Source: the human T2T-CHM13v2.0 reference genome, Homo sapiens | NCBI RefSeq assembly: GCF_009914755.1 | Contig: NC_060933.1 | DNA: 64,000 nt | Reading direction: 5' to 3' (one strand) | In this document: positions 26,258-40,330 of the stretch, piece by piece | Position numbering within the stretch: the first letter of the stretch is position 1 | Layout: every line of letters starts with the position of its first letter | The notes under the pieces: generated by a model | What the model saw: only the letters and a program-made list of their open reading frames with translations | Databases searched by the model: none | What the model was told of the DNA's origin: nothing | Position numbers and translations under genes: made by a program

Positions 26258-27452
26258 AAGAAATCTTGAGCTGTCAGGATGGAAAAAAGAACAAAGTGAA
26301 ATTACAAGTAAATACAATAGACTTTCCTTCTCCTTCAATTCTCTAAATTAAGTTTGATGGCTGAAAGAAAATTCTAATGCTATCTGATGTGGTTCTAAAT
26401 GTTTCTGGAAAAAATTTAAAACAATTGTATTATAAGTGGGAGAGGGTAAAGGACATAAAGGTAGATATACTTTCTATATTTTGTCTACTTACCAGTAGAC
26501 TGATAAGTTTTCTGTATATATTGTAATATGTAAAGCAACCACTAAAAAAGCTATACAAAGAAATACACTCTAAAACACTGTAGATAAATAAAAATAAAAT
26601 TATAAAAACATTCAAATAACCCACAATGATATATAAAAAAGAAAACAGTTAAAGGGAAAGCAGAATAAGCAGAAAATGATAAAGTAGAATGGCTGAGTTA
26701 AGCCCTAACATATCAGCAGATTACATTAAATGTCAATTGTTTATATATGTCAATTAAAAAATAAAAGTTGGCAAAGTAGATTAAAAACATGACACATTAT
26801 CTACAAGAAACTCACTACAAATAGAATGATACAGGCAGGTTGAAAGTAAAAGGGTGAAGATATATATATCATATAAACATTAATTGAAACACAACAGGAG
26901 TAGCAAACATTAATTAAAAAACCCCAGTAGTGGCTATATTAATATCATATAAAGTAGGCTTCAGAGTACATAAATATGCCAGAGACAGAGAAGGATATTA
27001 TGTAATGACAAAATGGTCAATCACCAAGCAGTCATAGCAACCCTAAATGTTTATGCAGTAAATATGACAGCAACAAAATATGCCGAGAAAAAAAAACTAA
27101 TTTAAAGTATAAGAAAACTAAAAAAGAACTGAAAAGAGAAACACATAAGTCCATAAGTATAATTGGAAACTTTACCACCACTCTCCTAACAATTAATCCA
27201 ATTAGACAAAAATCAGCAAAGACAGAAAACTCAAAAGTGCCATGAACAAATATCTAATTGGCATTATTAAATACTCCATCCAACAACACAGTTCTATTCA
27301 AGCACCCATGAAACATACTTAGATCATATAAAACAAACCTTGATAAATTTAAAGTTATTGAAATCACACCAAGTGTTTTTTGTCCACAGTGGAATCAAAC
27401 TACAACTCCACAACAGAAAGATAACAAGAAAATCTTCAAACGTGGAATTTAA

Positions 27453-27768
<316 letters not shown>

Positions 27769-29939
27769 CCTAACAGCATACTTTAATTCATGGTCAAAGA
27801 GGAAGTATCTGAAGGGAAATTTTGAGAAACACACTGAATTGAATGAAAACGAAAATGCAACATATCAAAAAATTGGTGTAACACAGCTAAAGTATGGTTT
27901 AGTGAAAGGAAAATTTATAGCACTTAATGTACACATTAGAGAAGTATAAAGTCTTCTGCCTCAAGAACACAGAAAATAAAGAGCCAAAAAACTCAAAGCA
28001 TGCCAATGGAAGGAAATAATAAGGATAAAAGCAGAAATGAAAACAGTAAGACAATGAATCCTACCAATGAAACTAAGAGCTGATTCTTTGAAAATATCAA
28101 TACATTTGACAAATTTCTAATAAGGCCAACAGAAAAAAGAGAAACAAAAGAAACAAGTGACCAATATCGGCAATGAACAACAAATATCACTACAGATATC
28201 AAAAGGATAAGGGAGGACTATGAGTAAATCTACACATACAAATTTGACAAACATTTATGAAATGGGCCAAATCCTAATAAAGTAAAATCCATCACAACTC
28301 ACACAACATAGAAAATGACTATTTGAATAGCATTATAACTATTAAATAGATTCTATAAGGTAATAATTCCAAAAATGAAATTTACAGTTCCAGATGGTTT
28401 CAGTGGAGAATTCTGCCACATGTTTAAAGATGTAATACCAATTCTACACAAACTCCTCCAGAAAATAGAAAAGGAGGGGACACTTTCCAATTAATTTTAT
28501 GAAGCTACTCTTACCCTGATCCTAAAACTAGTAAAGGCAATACAAAAAATAAAACTACACAATATCCGTTATGAGTATAGATACAATATCAAGAAAATTC
28601 TATTTGCTGGCAAATAGAATCCAGCAAATATAAAAGGAGTGTATATTATCAACAAGTAGGGTTTATGCCAGGGATGCAATGCTAACTCGATATTCAAAAT
28701 TAATCAGTGTAAACCACAATAATAACAGACTAAAGAATAAAAATCACAGATGATATCAATCAAGACAGAAAAAGCATTTCACCAAATTCAATACCTATGC
28801 ATGACAAATACTGTCAGAAAAATGGGAATAAAGGACACCTTTCTAAACTTGGTAAAGAACATCTATAAAAAATACAGCTAACAGTACACTTAATGGTATA
28901 CTGTTATACCAAAGACTGAATGCTTCCCCCTAAGATTGGCAACAAGGCAAAGATGATCACTCTCACCATCACTATACAACATAGTCATGGAATTTCTAGC
29001 CAGTGCAATGAGGAAAGGAAGGAAATAAAAGGCATATGATCAGAAAGGAAGACAGAAAACTGTATTTCTTTTTAAATAACATGGTTGTCTCTGTGGAAAA
29101 TCTCAAAAAATCTAAAACAACAACAAAAAACTCCAAAAACTACAACTAAGTGTATTTAATAATGTCTTATAATACAAATTTAGCACTCAAAATTTAGCTG
29201 TATTTCTATGTACTAGTGATGAACATATAGACACCCAAATTAAAAATACAATACGATTTCCAATTGCTCAAAAAGAAAATGAAGTACCTAGATATAAATA
29301 TAACTAACATGTACAGGACTCATATGCTGGAAGCTGCAGAATGTTGATGAAGGAAATCAAAGAAGGTCTAAATGAATGGAGAGGCATACCATGTTCATGG
29401 ATTGGAAGACTCAATATAGTGAGGATGTCAGTTGTCCACAAATTGATATTCCAATTTAATGAAATTGCTTTCAAAATCCTAGCCAGGTTTTTAAATAAAT
29501 ATAGACAAGATAATCTAAAATTTATACAGAAAGGCAATATAACTAAAATAGCTAAAATACTTTTGAGAAAAATGGAAAGAATCAGTCTACTCAATTCTGA
29601 GACTTATTACATAGCTACAATAACCAAAAGTGCATGCTATCAGCAGAGGAATGTACACATAGATCAATGAAACAGTAGAAAACTTAAAAATAGATGGGAG
29701 GGAAATGTGAGTGGCTAATAAAAGGCAGCAGGAGGGATCCTTATTTGATGGAAATGTTTTGTATCTTCATTCTATCAATGTCAATGTCCTGATTTAATAT
29801 TATACTATAAATTTGCAAGATGTTACCATTGGGGGAAACCAGGTTAAGGGTACACCGAATCTCTCTATATTGTTTTTTACATCTTCACGTGAATCTACAA
29901 GTATCTCAAAAGACAAGTATCTCAGAGTCTAATTAAATA

Positions 29940-30115
29940 TAATTACCTCAATAGACACAGAAAATGCATTTGACAAAATACAACATCCATTAAGGATAGA
30001 ATCTCTCAACAAGCTAAAAGAGAAGAGAATTTCCTTAACTTCATAAAGGACATCTATGAAAAACACAGTTTACATACATAATGATGAAAAACTGAATGCT
30101 TCTCACCTAAGATCG
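29940..30115 (+). mobile_element. Old L1 ORF2 (RT) fragment, apparent continuation of 19035-19110
   Basis: ctcaatagacacagaaaatgcatttgacaaaatacaacatcc follows in L1 order from caagtgggatgtattttaggaatgcaaggttgg. Confidence 0.65.
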
Positions 30116-31561
30116 ATATGTCCTTTCCTTAGGACCCCTTACTGCAGGACTTCTGACACACCCTGTCATAATTTTTGCCCATTTTTCTAGCAGAGCACAA
30201 AGCCAATCAAATAAGGGAGTTCTATTCAGATCTTCTTTTCCTTCCATATTCAGATAATAGTTCCTGACAATAATCTATTATTACCATCTGCTAAATGCAA
30301 ATTATTTCCTTAATTAATTGTTCATATTTTGAAAACAGGTATAGTGGGAGACTTGTATGAAAAATATGTTTTTATTAAAAAAATTTCTTAGATCCAAAGG
30401 AATACTAATTTTTTATGCATAGTAAGTCAAAAGGTTTGTGAAAGATTAAGTATGAGAATCATTTTATTTATGGTTAATTCTAAATCAAAAGGGTAATGGG
30501 CTATTTTATTTTGTTCTAAGATTAACCTTCTTCAGTACTTTAAGAATTGGATATATTCTGTATGCTGTGATTATTAAGGAAATTCATAAAAAAAAGGGAG
30601 AATGGAAAAATATTGATAGTCATAATTAGACTTTATCAATACAACCTAATAATTATTTGATGTTCTAGTGAACAGTAGCTCGTAGGCTTATTGTTTCCTA
30701 TTATTTACTGCCAGAGTTGGTAAGGTTAGATGTTAACTTAATACAAAATTCACAAGTTACCAATAATTTTTGCCACTGAGTATGAAAATGACTTCTATGT
30801 GGTGGAAATGATTACCCCAAAGTGGCATTTTTTCCCATTGAATGTGTGCATGTGCATTTGTATGCATCCTCATATCCTCCTTTGAAAGAGCTTTGCCATG
30901 CTTCGTGTATTAGTTTTCTCCTTAATGAGTTAAATAAATGTGATCTTTTGACACATTCTTAATATATGAGGGTCAGGTGTTCAGAGGTTTGAAAACTAAG
31001 CTTTGATATAAAGGAAAAAAGAGGATTTAGCACATGTGGGGCTGTGAGCCTTCACATAGAGCTAGCATGGAGAGGATTGGCCTCAGGCCAGCCTGTGGCC
31101 ATTCTGCTCTAAGGGGCAACATTAGCCCATATGCTTGCTAATGCTTTTATTTATATTTATTGTGTATCCGTTATATATACAGAATGTGCTAGGAGTTGCA
31201 ACTGTAATTTTGGTTACTTTAATAAGAATATCTTCTGTTAAAATTTTTCTCTCTCTCTTTTTTTTTTGCTTCTCCTGGACAACTCTGATTCATGGGCTTA
31301 AATTATCTTAGTATGCTAATTATACTGGAGGACTGGGAGCATATACTAGACTGTGACATCCTGAAAATTCGTGAGTGTCCCTGTTGAGTGAAAATGGTAC
31401 ATTGACTGTGTTGTGTGCAGAAGAAATATTGAGGCTGGCAGAGTGTTTATTTCTCTACTTGATTGAAAGTAGATTTCTGTAACGGAGCTATTTGCTCAAG
31501 AGTTTGAACCTCTAAACCCAATTCTAGAAACTTAGGGATTTTTTTAAAAAGGAACACAGAT

Positions 31562-32760
31562 TGGGGGACAGAGCAAGAGGTGGAAAAGAAATCTCCACTG
31601 ATCATCACCCCCAGCAAGAACATCAATTTAACAACTATCCACACACAATAAAACCACTTTCATAAGAACCAAAAATCAGGTAAGCACTCACATTACCTGG
31701 TTTTAACCACATATTGCTGAAAAAGGCACTGAAGAGGTAGGAAAAACAGTCTTGAATCACTAATGCCACTACTCCCTCATCCCTTTAGTTGTGGTGGCGT
31801 GGTGTAGAGAGCAGCTTTGTGCTCTGGGGAGAGGGAGAGCATAGCAATTATGAGACATTGAACTCAGTGTTGCCCTGTTATATGAAAAAAACAAAACTAG
31901 ACCAAACTCAGCTGACACCTGCCCACCAAAGAGCATTTAAACCAGCCATAGCCATTAGGGAATCACTGATCTCAGCCGTCTGAACTTGAATTCCCACAAG
32001 CCTCATCACTATGGGCTAAAGTGTTCTAGGGCTGTAAATAAATGTGAAAGGCAGTCTAGGCCACAAGGTCTGCAACTCCTAGGTGTGCTGAACTGGACCC
32101 AGAGCCAGCAGACTAAGTGGGGGGGCATAAAAAATATGATTATTTCAACAGATGCTGAAAAAGCGTCTGATAAAATTCAACATCCCTTCATGATAAACAC
32201 CCTCAAAAAAGTGGGTATAAAATGAACATACCTCAACATAATAAAAACCATTTATGACAGACTTACAGGTAGTATCATACTGAATGAGAAAAAAACTGAA
32301 AACCCTTTCTCTAAGGTCAAGAACACTACAAGGATGCCCACTTTCACCACTGTTATTTACGTAGTACTAGAAGCCCTAGCTAGAGCAATCAGACAAGAGA
32401 AATTAATAAAGGGCATCCAAACTTGAAAGGAAAAAGTCAAATTATTTTTGTTTGCAGATGATACAATCTTATATTTGGAAAATTCTTGTTTGCAGATGAT
32501 ACAATGTTACATTTGGAAAACCACAAAACACTGTTAGAACCAATAAACAAATTCAGTAAAGTTGCAGGATACAAAACCAACATATAAAAATCAGTAGCAT
32601 TTCTATATGCCAACAGTGAACAATCAGAAAAAGAAATTTAAAATGTAATCCCATTTACAATAGCCACAAATAAAACTAAATACCTAGGAACTAACTTAAT
32701 CAAAGAGGTAAAAGATATTTATAATGAAAACTATAAAACACTGATGAAAGAAATTGAAGA

Positions 32761-32794
<34 letters not shown>

Positions 32795-34192
32795 GAAAGA
32801 CATTCCATGTTCATGGATTGGAAAAATCAATATTGTTAAAATGTCCATACTACCCAAAGCAATCTACAAATTCAATGCAATCCCTATCAAAATACCAATG
32901 ACATTTTTCAAAGAAATAGAAAAAACGATTTTAAAATTTATATGGAATGACGAAAGACCCAGAATAGTCAGAGCTATCTTAAACAAAAAACAAAACAAAA
33001 CAAAACTGGAGGAATCACATTACCTGAAATCAAATTATACTACAGAGTTATAGTAACCAAAACAGCATGATACTAGCATGAGAACAGACATATAGACCAA
33101 TGGAAGAGAATAGAGAACCCAGAAACAAATTCATACACCTATAGTGAACTCATTGTCAACAAAGATGCCAAGAACATACATTGGGAAAAAGATAGTCTCT
33201 TTGATAAATAGTGCTGGGAAAACTGAATATCCATATGTAGAAGAATGAAACTAGACCCCATCTCTCATAATAAAAAAAATCAAAATGGATTAAAGACTTA
33301 AATCTAAGACCTCAAATTATAAAACTACTGCAAGAAAACATTGGGGAAACTCTCCAGGACATTGGTCTGGGCAAAAGTATCTTGAGTAATACCCTACAGA
33401 CACAGGCAACCAAAACAAAAATGGACAAATGGGATCACATCAAGTAAAAAAGTTTCTGCACAGCAAAGGGAACAATCAACAAAGTAAAGAGACAATCCAC
33501 AGAGTGGGAGAAAATATTTGAAAATTACTCAGGATATATACACAAAACAAAGGAAATCATTTATTAAAGAGATATCTGCACTCGCATGTTTGTTGCAGCA
33601 CTGTTCACAACGCCAAAATTTGAAAACCTAGCTGAGTGTCCATCAACAGATGAATGGATAAAGAGAATGTGGTACATATATACAATGGAGTACTATTTAG
33701 CCATAAAAAATGAGATCCTGTCATTTGCAACAAAGTGGACTGAACCAGAGGTCATTATGTTAAGTGAAATAAGCCAGGCAAAGAAAGACAGACATCACAT
33801 GTTCTCGTTTATTTATGGGGTCTAAAAATCAAAACAATTGAACTCACAGAGATAGAGAGTAGGATGGTTACCAGAGGCTGGGAAGGGTAGTGAGGGGAAC
33901 AAGGTAGGTGGGGCTGGTTAATATGTACAAAAAAATAGTTTAAAAGAATGAATAAGATCTAGAATTTGCTAGCACAACAGGGTGACTATAGTCAATACTA
34001 ATTTAATTATACATTTTTAAATAACTAAAAGTATAATTGGATTGTAACAAAGAATAGACACTTGAGGGGATGGACACCCCATTTTCCATGATGTGATTAT
34101 TATGCATTGCAAGCTTGTATCAAAACATTTCATGTACTTGATAAATATATATACCTACTGTGTACCCACTAAAATAAAATTAAAACAAAAAA
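31562..34192 (+). mobile_element. L1MA2/3-like LINE-1 with both ends but large internal deletions
   Basis: 5' end gggggacagagcaagaggtgg; 5'UTR fused to ORF2 RT near 32127; L1MA-type 3' end (tatatatacctactgtgtacccactaaaataaa); (CA)n at 32763-32790. Confidence 0.85.
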
Positions 34193-35569
34193 ACACAATA
34201 TATAAGCTTAAACATTTTTAAAATTGGTCTCAGTAACATATATTAAGCTGAAGTGGGGAATAGTCTCTGAACATTAGAAACATTAGAAAGTTATGGCTTG
34301 TTTCTAATATGCAAGTTAGACAGAAAATACAAGCTCCATAATCTTATATTGCGGAAGCAACATTTGTTTTAAGTCCTGGAATCCACGGCCTCCATTTCCT
34401 CATCTTGTGTTAATGGAATTGTATCTGCAGCCAGAGAAAGAGGTTTCTAGTTAGTGAATATTGGCAAAGATTCTAGGAAAGTTTGAGTTTTACTGATGAA
34501 AGAGTGGAATGTAGACAAGATTCCAACTGGAGTAGCCCAGGAAAAGAGCTTGTCAGATAAAGCTGAAAGGTAAATTCCTTATCTGCTTGTCTAATGGGAC
34601 TAGGTATGATATTTATGCCCTTAATACCTTATAACCATCAGTTCAGTACCAGAAATGCATGAAACTCTGTTTTTTAGTTTTTTTTAAGTTTGTATTAACA
34701 AATAGAGACATTAAAAGACACACATCATCTCTTGAGGCTTGACTAGCCATTCATCTCCACTGCCATGAGAAATCACCTGCCACCTGCACCTGCACCTCCT
34801 TCTGTGCAAAATCACCTTTGTTTGGCAGAAGACCCTCAAGAATCCAGGAAAAAGTCTTCTTCCTCTACACCCAGTTGAATTCCTAAATCAATACAATGCA
34901 AAATCCATTGGTTAAAAAGAACATGAATGAGATAATTTTTTCCTACTCATGGGTCGCACCCCGAGGGACTTGCTCTGGCTTCCAACCCTCGTGGGGAGGC
35001 AGCAGCCCTGGTTAGTGGGTGGGCTCCGTGGCTCCTCTTGTGCTGTTGGGTCAGCACAGCAGCTGGAAGCCAGAGGGTCACCTGTCCTTTTGTACCAGCG
35101 AAGGTTCATTTTCCTCAGTGTTTCCCCAAGGGCAGGAACATATTTTTACTGATGACCAATTCAGTTTTTCCAGAGGTCCATGTGTTTCTGAATTCAGAAT
35201 TTTAGAATCCAGTAAAGTGCATATTGTCAAATAACTTATTTAAAGAGTTAGGGAAAGACTTGGGGAAAGACTTTCCAATCTCTCACTTCACTTCCAGTGT
35301 GAGATGTTATTTATATATGCAAAACTGGGAGGTATATATGTATATACACATCTAATAAGAATAACTTGAGTTGAGCAACCCTAAGATGCTACCATTTGTT
35401 TCATCCTTTTTAAATGTGCGTAGCCCCTCTCCAAACACACATAAGCAGTTTGAGGCAGGGACCATATTTTGTACTTTTTGCCTTCAAAGAGCATGATCCA
35501 TAGCAGGAGCTACTAATGAGTGTTCGATCATCATAATGATGAATTAAATATAGATATTTTGTCATTCGT

Positions 35570-35870
35570 ATTTTATTCATTTATTTTTGGAGATGGAATC
35601 TTGCTCTGCTGCCCAGGCTAGAGTGCAGTGGTGTGATCTTGGCTCACTGCAACCTCCGCCTCCCAGGTTCAAGCGATTCTCCTGTTCAGCCGCCCGAGTA
35701 GCTGGGGTTACAGGTGCCCACCACTATGCCTGGATAATTTTTGTATTTTTGGTAGAGACAGTGTTTCGCCATGTTGGCCAGGGTGGTCTCAAACTCCTGA
35801 CCTCAGGTGATCCACCCAAGTTGGCTTCCGAAAGTGCTGGCATTACAGGTGTAAGCCACCTTGCCTGGCC
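35570..35870 (-). mobile_element. Alu SINE (AluSx-like), TSD tattttgtcatt
   Basis: Dimeric Alu with flanking duplication. Confidence 0.96.
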
Positions 35871-37006
35871 TATTTTGTCATTTTAAAAATGTATTTCTCT
35901 ACCTTCAGGTGGAGTCACAGATCTCAGTGGTCACCCTCAAGTGGAGAAGCTGTGCGATGCTGATGGCCTCTAGGGGGTGAGGCCACTGGGAACCAAGCCC
36001 TCCCCTGCAGCCCAGCGCTGTGTCCGCTGCAGCATGGGATCCTCGGGGCACTGGCTGGGGACATCTGAAGAGGTTATTGCTTCGCTGGCATGGACGGCAA
36101 GGGTCACACTGCCCAGCTGTGAGTTGCCCCTCAAGCAGCACCCTGTCGCCATTCCAGAGGAATGTTCCAGAGGAAACAAGGAACTGAGCTTAGCTCATCT
36201 CTGGTCTCTCCTCCCAGGAAGGACTTTTGTGAGGCCTGTTTTGTCCCCCACTGCCCGGCCATAGCCAAGTCCCTAAATGGACCTTCTTTGAAGGAAGAAC
36301 CCAGCTACTCAACGCCCACCCTGTTCCCAGCCCCTGGTTTTGATGAAAATGCAGTCGTGCCCATGAAACTAGGAATCTGTGGGGTTTTTTAAAACTGCAG
36401 TGAGAGACAAAGAGCTGCTTCTCTTTGTCAACCAGGCTTCCCCCCTCCAGACATTTGCTTCTGCTTAGAGATATTATGAGCCGGAAAATTCACAAGGCCA
36501 AATCAGAGACAGGGGAAATTCCTCTGAGGGTTGGTGAATGGAATATAAATCCTGCTCTGATGTGGAAAACTAAGTTGCTGCTCAGTCATTATTCCTGTCA
36601 GCATTCCAGGGCCAGTCCTTGTCATTAAAGCTGCACTTTCATCCTGTCCACACACTCAAGGCCACACAAAAATAAGGGACTGCCCAACACTAAACTTCTT
36701 TTATTTTTTGAGGGAAGGGGGCACTCCTCTTTAGGGAAACAATATGTTTAAGTCAAGCAAAGAAGTTAAAAGTATGAAAACCATCTATGTGCATTTTCCT
36801 TTTCTCCATCTCCCCCCATCCACTCTTTCAACCTTCAGCGCTAATTTCTTGTTACCAACCTTGCACTAATACAATGCGACATTCTCAGGCCTGGAATTTG
36901 GTCTTTCAAAGCTGGTTCTGCTCCAAGTCCTCTGTGACCTTTCATTACTTTCTTCCACACCCCCTTATCTGAGCTGTCCATGTCTAAATGGAACCTACAG
37001 TTCCCA

Positions 37007-37273
37007 GAGAGAAGACAGAGAGAAAGAGAGACAGAAATAAAGAAGAAAGGGAGAAATAAAGGGAGGGAGGGAGTGACATAGAAGAGTCAAGGAGAAAGAG
37101 AGAGGGAGAGAGAGAAAAAGAAAGAGACAGAGAGGGAAGGAGAGAGAGAAAGAGTCAAAGAGAGAGGCAGAGAGAAGAAAGAAGGGAAGAAGAGAGGAAG
37201 AGAGAGAGGCAGATGGAGAGAGAGGGAGAGGAAGACACTGAGAAAGAGTCAAAAGCAGATAGCGGTGTGTGGG

Positions 37274-37329
<56 letters not shown>

Positions 37330-37486
37330 CGAGAGGACCAGGCTGACTTGAGTGTCTCCTGCTGTGATCCAGCTCTGGAGGCCACACAGCATCGCTTCTA
37401 CTGCATTCCACCCCACCCCATCTAAGGCAGTCACCAAGATTCAAGAGACAGAGAGTGGGAGAGTGAAACAAAGAGAGAGAGAGGGG

Positions 37487-37520
<34 letters not shown>

Positions 37521-37790
37521 AAGAGGAAGAAGAAAGAAGAAGAAGAAGAGGAAGAAGAAGAAGGAAGAAGAAGGAAGAAAGAAGAAAGAAGAAGAAAGGG
37601 AGGGAGAGAGGCAGAAAGAGACAGAGACAGAGCAGCGAGGCAGAATGAGAGACAGAGAGAGAGACACAGAGAGACAAAGTGAGAGAGTGAGAGAAAGACA
37701 GAGACAGAGAGAAAGAGACAGAAAGCAGAAAAGCAAAGGAGAGAAAGAGTGACAGAGAGAGAGAGTGAGAGAGAGAAAGAGAGAGAGGAC
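37007..37790 (+). repeat. GA-rich low-complexity region with (GA)n and (GAA)n tracts, split by a ~115 bp spacer
   Basis: Directly visible; perfect (GA)n at about 37275-37327. Confidence 0.95.
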
Positions 37791-39268
37791 ATACACTGGC
37801 AAATCCCAGTTTCCTGTGGGAGAGGGGAAAGCAGAGCCGGTGTGTCTGGAATTACTCTTCTTCCCCAATCTATAATCCTTTTTCATGTTTTGATTAGAAA
37901 CACTGTTGAGATGGAGCACCTATGAGAGGTCGTTCTCCTGGCATGGTCACAGCCTCATCTGGGCAGCTCTTGGCTCTTGGGCTCCTGCCCCGGGGCGGAT
38001 CTTCATGAAGCACTCACGCTGTTGCCAGGAGGGGTCTGTCCAGCTGCATCATGCACCTCAGGACCCTTGTGCTTGCGGGGTGTGCATTCTCACTGCTAGT
38101 CCCGAGGGAGCAGAGAGCCCCACCGGCCCTGCTTCATTCTCCTTGTCCTGGCCATGCAAATGCGCTTCTCAGGAGGACCAGGAGCTGCCGAGGAAGGGGA
38201 GTCTGATCGGTGCAGTGATCAGGGACTCCAGGCTCACACAGTTTTCCCTGGAGAGCCCGAGAGGCAGGGAGTCTCTTACATTCCAGAAGAGAAAGAGGGA
38301 CCATTCAGGATGGCAGGTTCAAGGATGAAGAGTTTTCTGTTTCTTAAAGCTTTTGGGGGATGACAGTTATGATTTTCATTCTTTAACATACGTTCAAACG
38401 TGGGCAACATGGATAAATATGCATTGCCACTATCACTTCATGAGTGACTTGAGAACTTTGGAATTAGGCAGAAGTTATGGCCCCCAAAACTGCTATTTTC
38501 TTTCTAATTAGACAATACAAGTACTTGAGGAATTAATTTGCTGTTTGCTTTCAGCGCTGACACATGAACAGTGAAAGGGGTCAAATTGTGCTGCGGCCAT
38601 CTCCCCATCTCCTCCCCTCGCCTGACCTTGACCCGCCTGTGACCTTGGCTCTGTTGGCACCGTGCTAAGCCAATTACACTCACTCGGTGGCTCAGCCACA
38701 TACCACAGTATCAGGCAGTCACAGCAAAGGAGTGGCTTTAGAATATGTGAAGGATCACCCCTGTAAATATGATTATCTTTCCTGGGCAGGAGAAACTGGA
38801 AGTTCATGTGTTACTGATGGCCACCTGGCGTCTCTGCACATAAGTGCAGGGCCATTATTGAGGATGGGAGAAGTTGTCACTATGACTAAGAGACTGTGGC
38901 TCTCCAAAGAGTGTCTGCCGAAAGGACCAGTCTCCTTGGAGAGTGTAATGTGTCATGGCACTATTCACTTTTGGGGGAAAAGAGCTTTACTTTTTAGAGT
39001 AAACTTGTGTTGAAAAGAACCAAAGCAAACACTGAAACCTATTCACAGACTGAAATCTTGTTTGCCTCAGGGAAATACTGTGCAAAATATTCTACAATCT
39101 TGAAAGTGCCCTGAAAATGAGTACTCCCTGTTTCAAGTCCTCAAATACCAATGACTCCAGAGAAGGCTGTGTTCTCCAATTTCACCTAAAAAGTAACAGA
39201 TCTCCTAATGTTTTAAAGTTTGTGGGTTAAGCAGGAGCCTGAAACATTTTTTAAAAATCAACTTTATT

Positions 39269-40330
<1,062 letters not shown>

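Noticed and set aside
32448-32520. Small local duplications (also about 1048-1090, 5960-6005, 15240-15315, 18788-18830)
   Set aside because: Ordinary slippage-type duplications inside decayed repeats with no sign of function.
36995-37919. Long Ser/Leu-rich or Arg/Glu-rich ORFs
   Set aside because: By-products of GA/CT low-complexity sequence lacking stop codons.
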